Assembly: GCA_028700625.1 (NCBI GenBank)
Contig: JAQVSI010000001.1
Coordinates: 7,570 to 71,569 of the forward strand
Source: Candidatus Shapirobacteria bacterium
Lineage (GTDB): Bacteria > Patescibacteriota > Microgenomatia > UBA12405
Direction: 5' to 3'
Length of the DNA stretch: 64,000 bases
In this document: one piece after another, positions 37,384 through 45,931 of the stretch
Position numbering within the stretch: position 1 is the stretch's first letter
Layout: the number at the start of each line of letters is the position of its first letter
Program-made: the position numbers and the translations under genes
The notes under the pieces: model-generated
Seen by the model: the letters and a program-made list of their open reading frames with translations, nothing else
Told to the model about the DNA's origin: nothing
Database searches by the model: none

Positions 37384-38725
37384 AAAAATTTGTGTAACCT
37401 ATTTGCCAATTTTCTAATTTTATTTCTCTAAAATTTTCTTCGCTAGTTTTTTTATAACCTAATTTTTTTAATATTTCTTCCGAATTTATTCCATGAATTG
37501 CTTCTCCATATGGAATCACCCAAATTTGCCTTCCTTCAATCGGAGATCTTATATCTGAAATCTGAATATCTGGTCTATAATACTTAACCGGATCCCCAAA
37601 AGACCCAATCATATAAACCGTTTTATCTAAGATCTGAGATCTGCCATCTGAAATCTTTTTTACCACTCCTTTCCAATCTTCTCTATAATAATTAGGATTT
37701 AAAAGATAAGCCAAACTAAAAATTAAAAAACCGCCAACTACTAATATTTTTTGCCAAAATTTATTAGCATTTATTGCCAAAATTAAAGCCATAATTGGCA
37801 CTAAAAATAAAAATCTAAAATATTGTAAAAGCGGTGATTTTATTGAAAATAAAATGGCTAAAATTATTGGTACTGTTAAAAATATTTTTAACCAATTATT
37901 TTCTTTTTTGTTTTTTAAAATTAATCCAAAGATAATCAAACTCCAACTTCCTCCAACTAAATAATATAAAGTTTTTGGCAAAAAACTTATTTTCCCAATA
38001 CTAAATTTCAATGGAATTAACAACAGATTTTTTAAATTTACCTTACCTAAAACCAACATCCAATTAGTTACTTGAGCCAACATTATTTTTGAATTTTTAA
38101 TTTGAATTAACAAAAGGGGAGTTAAAACTATTATGGCAATTACGACTCCTATGTTAGTCAACCAAAATAATTTAAATTCTTTTTTGATTAATAAATAAAT
38201 AGCAAAAGTGGCAATTAGAAAAATTGATCCATAAAAAGTTCCAAACGCCAAAGCCATCATTAGATTTAAAATTATTAAATCTTTTATTTTATATTCTTTA
38301 TTTTTAATTTTTATAAAGTAATAAAATCCAATTATCAACCACATCGTCGCCATTGAATACATTCTTAATTCCTGTGAGTAATAAACGAACAATGGATTAA
38401 CCGCCAAAATCAAAGCCGTCCAAATTCCAATTTTTTTATTTTTAATTTTTTTACCAATTAAATAAACAAAATAAATTGTAATTAATGAAAACAAAACGGA
38501 ACTTAATCTTAAAACTATTACATTGTTTCCAAAAATATTTGTCCAAAAATTTAAAAATAGATAATAAAGTGGGGGATGAAAATCATTTATTGAAAAATTT
38601 TTAATAATTTCCCAAAATGGCATTTGAGCTACATTTGCCGAAATTGCTTCGTCTAACCATAAAGATTGATTAATTCCTATCAATCTTAAGCCTAAAGATA
38701 AAATTAAAACAACAATTATTTCCAT
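37376..38725 (-). CDS. GT-C (family 39/83-like) glycosyltransferase
   Basis: SLWLDEA, HPPLYY, YSQELRMY, many TMs. Confidence 0.88.
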   Translation of the reverse strand: MEIIVVLILSLGLRLIGINQSLWLDEAISANVAQMPFWEIIKNFSINDFHPPLYYLFLNFWTNIFGNNVIVLRLSSVLFSLITIYFVYLIGKKIKNKKIGIWTALILAVNPLFVYYSQELRMYSMATMWLIIGFYYFIKIKNKEYKIKDLIILNLMMALAFGTFYGSIFLIATFAIYLLIKKEFKLFWLTNIGVVIAIIVLTPLLLIQIKNSKIMLAQVTNWMLVLGKVNLKNLLLIPLKFSIGKISFLPKTLYYLVGGSWSLIIFGLILKNKKENNWLKIFLTVPIILAILFSIKSPLLQYFRFLFLVPIMALILAINANKFWQKILVVGGFLIFSLAYLLNPNYYREDWKGVVKKISDGRSQILDKTVYMIGSFGDPVKYYRPDIQISDIRSPIEGRQIWVIPYGEAIHGINSEEILKKLGYKKTSEENFREIKLENWQIGYTNFSN

Positions 38726-38823
38726 AAAAAATTATAGCCCAAAACTATTCATAGGGCTATTTTAAAAACACCTGACAGTTGTCCTACTTTTAAATAACTT
38801 GTTTTTTATTGTAAACTTAAATA

Positions 38824-39495
38824 ATGAAAAAAGTTATTTGTATTACTGGTGGTGCCAACGGTCTTGGTCGTCAACTAGCTGCTTTTTTTTCTCGTCAAGC
38901 ACAGGTCATAATTTTTGATATTAACGAAAAATTTTTAGAAACTGTTGCTAAAAAATTCGATTGCGATTACCAGGTTTGTGATGTTTCCGATTTCTCTGTA
39001 GTTTCTGCCAGCATTAAAAATGTTATAAAAAAACATCACAAGATTGATTGTTTTATTAATTGTGCTGGTATCTATATTGATGGTGAAATCGAATCCAACG
39101 ACCCTAAATTAATAAAAAAAGTCTACGAAGTTAACAGTCTTGGCCCTGTTTTTACAACTCAAGCTTTGGTTGCTTTTTTTAAAAAACAAAAATCAGGCAC
39201 TATTATTAATATTAATTCAACTGCAGGTCTTCATCCTAAAGCTTTTAATTCGGTTTATCACTCATCAAAATGGGCTTTGAAAGGTTTTTCTGAGTCAATT
39301 CAACCAGAATTAGCCAATTTTGGTATTAAAGTTGTTGATATTTATCCTGGAGTTATGGCTACCAAATTTACCGATGGTACCAATTGTGATTTATCTAAAG
39401 CCATGGATCCACACCAAGTTGTCAAAGCCATCGATTTTGTTTTGTCACTCGACAGTGACACTATAATTTCCGAGTTGACCATCAAACATCTCTAG
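38824..39495 (+). CDS. Short-chain dehydrogenase/reductase
   Basis: TGGANGLG, NCAG, S..YHSSK. Confidence 0.92.
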   Translation: MKKVICITGGANGLGRQLAAFFSRQAQVIIFDINEKFLETVAKKFDCDYQVCDVSDFSVVSASIKNVIKKHHKIDCFINCAGIYIDGEIESNDPKLIKKVYEVNSLGPVFTTQALVAFFKKQKSGTIININSTAGLHPKAFNSVYHSSKWALKGFSESIQPELANFGIKVVDIYPGVMATKFTDGTNCDLSKAMDPHQVVKAIDFVLSLDSDTIISELTIKHL

Positions 39496-39528
39496 TCTAT
39501 ACTGGGATATTAACCAAATAAAACCCGA

Positions 39529-40722
39529 ATGATTTCACAACCGTTAGCTTCATTACTTCGTCCTAAAAATTTAGAAGATTTTGTCGGTCAAACTCATCTG
39601 GTTGGTCCTCAAAAACCGCTTCGTTTGGCAATCGAAAACCACCAAGTTTTTTCCATGATTTTTTGGGGTCCTCCTGGAGTTGGTAAAACCACATTAGCTC
39701 GAATTTTAGCCAGTGAAGCCGAGGCTACTATTCACGAGTTATCGGCAGTTTCTGCCAGTAAAGATGATATTAAAAAAATTATTGCCGCTTATCGTCCTAT
39801 GGAAAAGAATATTCTTTTTCTAGATGAAATTCATCGTTTTAATAAAGCTCAACAAGATTTTCTACTTCCCTCAGTTGAATCGGGAAAATTAATTTTAATC
39901 GGTGCCACCACTGAAAATCCCAGCTTTGAGGTCATTTCTCCACTTCTTTCTCGTTGTCGAGTTTTTGTTTTAAAAGAATTATCCGACGATGAAATGAGTC
40001 AAATCATCGATAAGGCAGTTCAAAAATTAGCTCCCCTGTCAAGGGGGGGTGGTCGTAAGACCGGAGGGGTTTTAATCAAAAAAGACGCCAAAGATTGGAT
40101 TATTCAAATGGCCAATGGTGATGCTCGTCAATGTATTACCATCATGGATAACGCTTTTACTCTTTATGGCGATTTAAAACTAGAAAGTTTAAAACAAGCC
40201 CTTCAAAATTCTTTTCTCCGTTTCGACAAAAAAGGTGAGGAGCATTACAATACCATTTCCGCTTTTATTAAATCCATGCGCGCCAGTAATGTCGACGCCT
40301 CTCTTTATTATTTAGCCCGAATGATTACTGCTGGTGAAGATCCAAAATTTATTGCCCGTCGTATGGTTGTTTTTGCTAGTGAAGATATTGGCATTGCCAA
40401 TTCTTCAGCCCTGATGTTGGCCAATAATGTTTTCGATGCAGTTATGAAAATTGGCTATCCAGAATGTCGTGAAAATTTAGCCCATGGCGTGGTTTATTTA
40501 GCAAAATCACCTAAAGATAGGTCAGCTTATGAAGCCTATTTATCTGCTCTTAAAGACGTTGAGATTCATGGTAATTTACCAATACCGCTTAATCTCCGCA
40601 ACCCCGAAACCAAATTAATGGAAGACATTGGCTATGGTAAAGGTTACGAAAAATATACCAAAGAGTCTCTTTTACCAAATAAAATTAAAGATAAAAAATA
40701 TTTTATTGAAAAGAAAAAATAA
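39529..40722 (+). CDS. rarA: Replication-associated recombination protein A (RarA/MgsA)
   Basis: GPPGVGKTT, DEIHRFNKAQQD, GATTENP, SAFIKS.R, SEDIG. Confidence 0.96.
   Translation: MISQPLASLLRPKNLEDFVGQTHLVGPQKPLRLAIENHQVFSMIFWGPPGVGKTTLARILASEAEATIHELSAVSASKDDIKKIIAAYRPMEKNILFLDEIHRFNKAQQDFLLPSVESGKLILIGATTENPSFEVISPLLSRCRVFVLKELSDDEMSQIIDKAVQKLAPLSRGGGRKTGGVLIKKDAKDWIIQMANGDARQCITIMDNAFTLYGDLKLESLKQALQNSFLRFDKKGEEHYNTISAFIKSMRASNVDASLYYLARMITAGEDPKFIARRMVVFASEDIGIANSSALMLANNVFDAVMKIGYPECRENLAHGVVYLAKSPKDRSAYEAYLSALKDVEIHGNLPIPLNLRNPETKLMEDIGYGKGYEKYTKESLLPNKIKDKKYFIEKKK
40030..40073 (+). repeat. Double-hairpin element, copy 8 (in frame in rarA)
   Basis: gctcccct-gtca-agggggggt ggtc-gtaa-gacc ggaggggtttt; encodes APLSRGGGRKTGGV. 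Confidence 0.88.
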
Positions 40723-40724
40723 AA

Positions 40725-40973
40725 ATGTATTTTGTCTACATTATTCAATGTAATGATCAAACTCTTTACACTGGTATTACTACCGATCTAGACAGAAGGA
40801 TTAAAGAACATAATAATTCAAAACTCGGTGCTAAATATACTAAAATTAGACGACCAGTAAAATTAGTTTATTCAAAAGAATTTATTGACAGGTCTGAAGC
40901 TTCAAAAGAAGAATCAAAAATTAAAAAATTATCACGCCAAGAAAAATTAGATTTATTAAAAAATTTTAAATAA
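40725..40973 (+). CDS. Stand-alone GIY-YIG nuclease (UPF0213-like)
   Basis: YFVYI..LYTGIT....RR..EHN..GAKYT. Confidence 0.92.
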   Translation: MYFVYIIQCNDQTLYTGITTDLDRRIKEHNNSKLGAKYTKIRRPVKLVYSKEFIDRSEASKEESKIKKLSRQEKLDLLKNFK

Positions 40974-41021
40974 AAACATTTAGTTTACATTATCACAATT
41001 AAATTGTGTATTATGTTATAA

Positions 41022-43139
41022 ATGTTTTCTTTACTAATCACTTTTCTATTATTTTTTATAGTTACAGTTCAACCTGTTAACGCTCAATTATTAGAAGAAT
41101 CCACTTCCAGCGCTCAAATTATCCCCACTGAAATTCCAATAACCGAAATCACACCAATCCCAACCGATATCGCTTCAACCTTAACAGAAAATATTTTAAT
41201 CCCCACCGAAACACCAACATTAACCCCAACTTTAATTCCAACTCCAACTCCAACTCCAACTCCAACTCCAAAAGTTATTGAAAGTGAATCCATAAAATTT
41301 CCCCAAATCACCACCGACAAGGCTGATTATTCTCCAACCGATATTGCTATTATTTCTGGTAATAATTTTTTATCAAATACTCAATACATTTTAAATATCA
41401 CTTCAGACAATTTAAATGTTAATTATCAAATTAATTCCGACGAATCCGGTTCTTTTATTTATAATTATCAACTCGATGGTATTTATCGACCAAATTATAA
41501 AGTTGAAGCCAGAGATTTAAACAACAATATTATTTCCTTCATCACTTTTACCGACAAAAGAAGTGTCCTTTCGGCCACTGTTAATGGACAAAATTCAATC
41601 AATGTTTTTTCCAGAGATTCAATTACTGTCGGAGTAAGTGTTAACACAGATTGGTGGTGGTTTTGGAACAATGATTGGAGATCAACTTCCTGGAGGTTTG
41701 GTAATTCTGGAGAGTGGAATTGTGTTGACACTCCAAACCATCTTAAATCAGGCGATTATTCAGAATTTTTTCAAATAAATGCTCCCATAAATCCCAAAAA
41801 ATATCAATTACAAATCAGAATTCATGGTTTAGAAAATTGTGGAATTTTATTTAAAAGTGATATTTTTACTCTAAAAGATGCTATAACAGTTTCTCTTCCC
41901 GACACCACTCCTCCAATTATTACCATCGATTTATACAACACAAATTTAACCAATCAAGATATTATTGTCTCAGCTTCTACCAATGAAGGCACTTTAAATT
42001 TTACTTCTCACACTTTTGAATCAAATGATTCTTTTACTTTTATTGCCACTGATAGTGTTGGTAACATTGCTACTGAAATTATAACTATCAATAATATCGA
42101 TAAAACCCCACCAACTCTTTTAAACAAAACCGAATTTGGAAACAGTTGGTACAACACCGATCAACTTTCAGTTTTTAATTTTACCGATGAAAATGGCGTT
42201 ATTTCTGGTAATAATCCAACTTGCCAAATTTTCAGCGAAGGTTCTTTTCAAACTTGTTCTGTTGGTTTAAATGTTTGTGATACCGCTGGTAATTGCAATA
42301 CTGATTTAATTTTTTCCAATAGTGCCAACATCGACAAAACTAAACCAATTTTGGGTTTTTCCATAACTCCATCTTCTTCTAATGCCGATAATAATTGGTA
42401 TAGAACTCAGCCAGAAATAAATTTAACTAATATTGAAAATAACCCTTTTATTTTCCAATACAAATGGGATTCTGAAAATAGTTGGACTAATTATAATTTT
42501 TGTTTAAGACCTTCTTTTGAAGGTTCACATACTCTTTATTTCCAATCTCAAGATTTGGCTGGTAATCAGACAAGTTCTCTTATTGAAATTAAATGGGACC
42601 AAACTGAACCATCTATTGCCCCTCAAAACATAAGTGCCAATCCAAACAACACTAGTAATAGTGTTTCTACTATCAAATGGGACCAAGCCATCGACAATAT
42701 TGGCATTGATAAATATGAAATTAAATGGACTTTAAATAACCCTAATAATCCATTTTCTTATTCTAAAACAGTTGGGTTTGATGTTAGAGAAACTGAAATT
42801 GATAAATTAATTGAAGGTCGTTGGACTGTTCAGGTTTTTGCTATCGATCCAAGTGGTTTAAAAAAAGACAATGCTATCGATTTATTTATTATTAAAAATA
42901 GCGAAATTATTTTTAATGATGTTCCTGTAAAAACAGTCTTGGCTCAAAAAAAATTATTAACAGAAATTAAAGATACTGATAATCAAATTATTCCGATTCT
43001 AACTTCATTTCCAACTGTTTTAGGCACTTCAACCACTAAAAAGAAATTTAATTTAAAATGGTTTCTTTTAGTTACAATTATGGTTCTTTTATATATCAGC
43101 ATCCGCAAGTACAACAATAAATCAAAAAAAATAATATAG
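41022..43139 (+). CDS. Secreted/anchored surface protein with PT linker and Ig/FN3-like repeats
   Basis: Signal peptide, (PT)n, DTTPP/DKTPP/DKTKP repeats, C-terminal VLG plus TM. Confidence 0.8.
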   Translation: MFSLLITFLLFFIVTVQPVNAQLLEESTSSAQIIPTEIPITEITPIPTDIASTLTENILIPTETPTLTPTLIPTPTPTPTPTPKVIESESIKFPQITTDKADYSPTDIAIISGNNFLSNTQYILNITSDNLNVNYQINSDESGSFIYNYQLDGIYRPNYKVEARDLNNNIISFITFTDKRSVLSATVNGQNSINVFSRDSITVGVSVNTDWWWFWNNDWRSTSWRFGNSGEWNCVDTPNHLKSGDYSEFFQINAPINPKKYQLQIRIHGLENCGILFKSDIFTLKDAITVSLPDTTPPIITIDLYNTNLTNQDIIVSASTNEGTLNFTSHTFESNDSFTFIATDSVGNIATEIITINNIDKTPPTLLNKTEFGNSWYNTDQLSVFNFTDENGVISGNNPTCQIFSEGSFQTCSVGLNVCDTAGNCNTDLIFSNSANIDKTKPILGFSITPSSSNADNNWYRTQPEINLTNIENNPFIFQYKWDSENSWTNYNFCLRPSFEGSHTLYFQSQDLAGNQTSSLIEIKWDQTEPSIAPQNISANPNNTSNSVSTIKWDQAIDNIGIDKYEIKWTLNNPNNPFSYSKTVGFDVRETEIDKLIEGRWTVQVFAIDPSGLKKDNAIDLFIIKNSEIIFNDVPVKTVLAQKKLLTEIKDTDNQIIPILTSFPTVLGTSTTKKKFNLKWFLLVTIMVLLYISIRKYNNKSKKII
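41238..41270 (+). repeat. (CCAACT)n coding microsatellite
   Basis: About 5.5 perfect units encoding PTPTPT. Confidence 0.85.
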
Positions 43140-43191
43140 CCCTCCTTGTCAAGGGAGGGTGGTCCCGCTGCTGCGGGACCGGGTGGGTTTT
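43139..43191 (+). repeat. Double-hairpin element, copy 9 (fills the gap between convergent stops)
   Basis: gccctcctt-gtc-aagggagggt ggtcccgc-tgct-gcgggacc gggtgggtttt. Confidence 0.88.
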
Positions 43192-44452
43192 AATATTTGC
43201 TTTCCACAAACGTCAACGCAAAACCAGTTTTATCACCTCGACCAGTTCGTCCAATTCGGTGAACATAATCTTCGTAATTGTTTGGTTTATCAAAATTAAT
43301 TACATGAGTAATATCGGCCACATCTAAGCCTCTGGCTGCCACATCAGTAGCAATTAAAATATTGATTTCGTTTTCTTTAAATTTTCTTAAAGTTGTTTGT
43401 CTTTGGTATTGAGCTTTGTCACCATGAAGTGATCCAACCCTAAATCCTTTTTGGCCTAAACCAACAGATATTTTTTCAACCATCGATTTAGTTGCTCCAA
43501 AAACCAACACTTTTTTAAATTCTTCTTGTGCTAATAATCTATGCAAAGTAATTTCTTTTTCTTCTCGTCTTACTCTAACAATGTTTTGTTCCACATTTTT
43601 AGAACTTTCTTGAGTTTTAACCGAAATTTTAGCTGGATTAGTTAAAAATGAATCAATTAAGTGTTCAATTTTTTTATTAACTGTCGCGGAAAAGAATAAT
43701 GTTTGATGAGGGGAGGGAATTTGCTTTACAATTTCTTTAATATCTTCCACAAAACCCATATCCAACATTCGATCAACTTCGTCTAAAACCACAGTATTAA
43801 GTCGAGAAAAATTAATTATTCTTCGTTTGGCTAAATCTTTAATTCTTCCTGGAGTTCCAACAATAATATGTGGATCTCTTTTAATATCCAAAATTTGTTC
43901 TCTAATATAAGCTCCGCCAATTGCTAAAGCCACATAAACTCTAAGTCCAAAAGTGAAAGATCTAATTTCTTGTTTAATTTGTTGGGCCAACTCTCTAGTT
44001 GGTGCCAAAACAATTATTCTTTTGCTTGAGTCCAATAAAATTTGATTAATTAAAGGCAATGCAAAAGCGGCAGTTTTTCCAGTTCCAGTATTGGCAACTC
44101 CTAAAACATCTCGGCCTTCTAAAATACGAGGAATAATTTCATCTTGAATAGAAGTTGGTTTTAAATAACCTTTATTTTTAATGTTGTCCATTAAAACCGG
44201 ACTAAAATCAAAATCGGAAAATTTATTTTTAACAACAACATCTTCGATTTTTATAACTGGTTCAGCTCTTCTAATAAACATTGAGGTGTCAATTCGGCTT
44301 TCAAAACTTCGGTTTTTTCGACCACCAAACCTACTGCCACTATTTCCATTTCTTGGGCTAAAATTACTTCGACCTCCAAATCGGATTTGATTACCATTGG
44401 ATTTTTGTCGACTTCTTGCACCAAAGTTATTGGTGAATTTATTCTGATACAT
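43190..44452 (-). CDS. DEAD-box RNA helicase
   Basis: PTSIQ, ANTGTGKT, PTRELA, TPGR, DEVD, SAT, TDVAARGLD, HRIGRTGR; start taken at MYQNK. Confidence 0.95.
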   Translation of the reverse strand: MYQNKFTNNFGARSRQKSNGNQIRFGGRSNFSPRNGNSGSRFGGRKNRSFESRIDTSMFIRRAEPVIKIEDVVVKNKFSDFDFSPVLMDNIKNKGYLKPTSIQDEIIPRILEGRDVLGVANTGTGKTAAFALPLINQILLDSSKRIIVLAPTRELAQQIKQEIRSFTFGLRVYVALAIGGAYIREQILDIKRDPHIIVGTPGRIKDLAKRRIINFSRLNTVVLDEVDRMLDMGFVEDIKEIVKQIPSPHQTLFFSATVNKKIEHLIDSFLTNPAKISVKTQESSKNVEQNIVRVRREEKEITLHRLLAQEEFKKVLVFGATKSMVEKISVGLGQKGFRVGSLHGDKAQYQRQTTLRKFKENEINILIATDVAARGLDVADITHVINFDKPNNYEDYVHRIGRTGRGDKTGFALTFVESKY

Positions 44453-44580
44453 AATATTTGTTGACCCAAACCTGTTTTTCGGCCTTAACCTAGAAACTTG
44501 CGGTGCCCACAAAATATAAATGCACCAATTGCTTAAATCAGTCTGTAGTCTATCACAATCAACTCTAATTGCAAGCTTCT

Positions 44581-45858
44581 TTAAAGTTTACTTGCCACTA
44601 ATTGCCACAACATTACCAACATTGCCATTGTCATAAAAAATAGAGTTACTAAAGCGGCAAATCTATGTTTTTTCTTAGTTTTAAATTTACCAACAACTCT
44701 TTCATCATCAGACACTTTAATAATAATTGCAATCAACGGCACTGACGCTAAACCATTAATTATGGCTGCATAATATAAAGCATTCATCACATTAATCCCT
44801 AATAAATTTATTAAAAAACCAATTCCCGTTGCTACGGCAATAATTATGTAAAATACTTTAGCTTGGCTAAATTTTTTAGATAATCCTTCTTTAAATCCAA
44901 AAGTCTCAGATAAAGCATATGCCAAAGATCCAGCCAAAACTGGGATTGATTGCCATCCAATTCCAATTATTCCGACTGCAAATAGGATATAAGCAAAATT
45001 TCCAACTAATGGTTTTAAAGCCATTGCTGCTTGTTGTGGAGTATCTATTGAAAATATTCCGTTTGCATGTAAAGTTGCTGCTGTTGTTAACATAATTGCC
45101 AAAGCTATTAAATTAGAAAAAGCCATTCCTATTTTAGTGTCAAATTCCATTAATTTAACTTCATGTCTAGTAGTTACTGGATGAGAATTAAAATCTTTAA
45201 TTTCTCCAGTTGCGATTTGCTCTTCAACTTCTTGTGCACTTTGCCAAAAAAACAGATAAGGTGAAATGGTTGTTCCGACTAACCCAATAATAATCATTAA
45301 ATATTCCAAATTTATTTCTACCTGAGGAACAAAAGTATCCCAAACCAAATCGCTAAGATCATGTTTAACTAAAAATGCTGTTATTAAATAAACTATCAAA
45401 ACTAAACCAAGCCATTGTAAATATTTTATATATTTTCGATAAGGAATAGCAATTTGCATCCACACTATAAAAATAGCGGCCACTGCTAGCCAATAATAAT
45501 AATTAAAATCAAAAAGCATTTGCATTGATGCCGCCATTATTCCTAAATCTGCTCCAATATTAATTATATTAGCGATGGCCAAAAGTGAAGTAGCTAAAAC
45601 CAACATTCTTTTTGAATAATATTTTTTAATAATACTTGCCAACCCCTTACCACTTACCATTCCTATTCGACCACACATTTCTTGGATAGAAACCATCGCC
45701 GGCCATAAAAACAACATCATCCAATTCAATTTATATCCAAATTTTGCTCCCACCATCGAATAAGTAGCAATTCCAGAAGGATCATCGTCGGCTGCTCCAG
45801 TCACAAAACCAGGTCCAGTTTTTTTAAAAAAATCTTTAACCTTTTTTAATATCATCAC
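44581..45858 (-). CDS. NRAMP family divalent metal transporter
   Basis: GPGFVTGAADDDPSGIATYS, GTTISPYLFFWQ. Confidence 0.9.
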   Translation of the reverse strand: MMILKKVKDFFKKTGPGFVTGAADDDPSGIATYSMVGAKFGYKLNWMMLFLWPAMVSIQEMCGRIGMVSGKGLASIIKKYYSKRMLVLATSLLAIANIINIGADLGIMAASMQMLFDFNYYYWLAVAAIFIVWMQIAIPYRKYIKYLQWLGLVLIVYLITAFLVKHDLSDLVWDTFVPQVEINLEYLMIIIGLVGTTISPYLFFWQSAQEVEEQIATGEIKDFNSHPVTTRHEVKLMEFDTKIGMAFSNLIALAIMLTTAATLHANGIFSIDTPQQAAMALKPLVGNFAYILFAVGIIGIGWQSIPVLAGSLAYALSETFGFKEGLSKKFSQAKVFYIIIAVATGIGFLINLLGINVMNALYYAAIINGLASVPLIAIIIKVSDDERVVGKFKTKKKHRFAALVTLFFMTMAMLVMLWQLVASKL

Positions 45859-45931
45859 ATTAAAGATATCTGTTTTTTTTAATTAAATCTAGCCCTAAGA
45901 AAATTCAATAATTCTGTAGTAAAATGAAGCC

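Noticed and set aside
41238-41270. (CCAACT)n as a phase-variation switch
   Set aside because: The unit is 6 nt, so changes only alter Pro-Thr linker length.
44470-44520. Purine riboswitch (GGCACcGCAAGTTTCTA..CCGAAA resemblance)
   Set aside because: The P3 stem does not pair, TAC is TAG, and the downstream gene is unrelated to purines.
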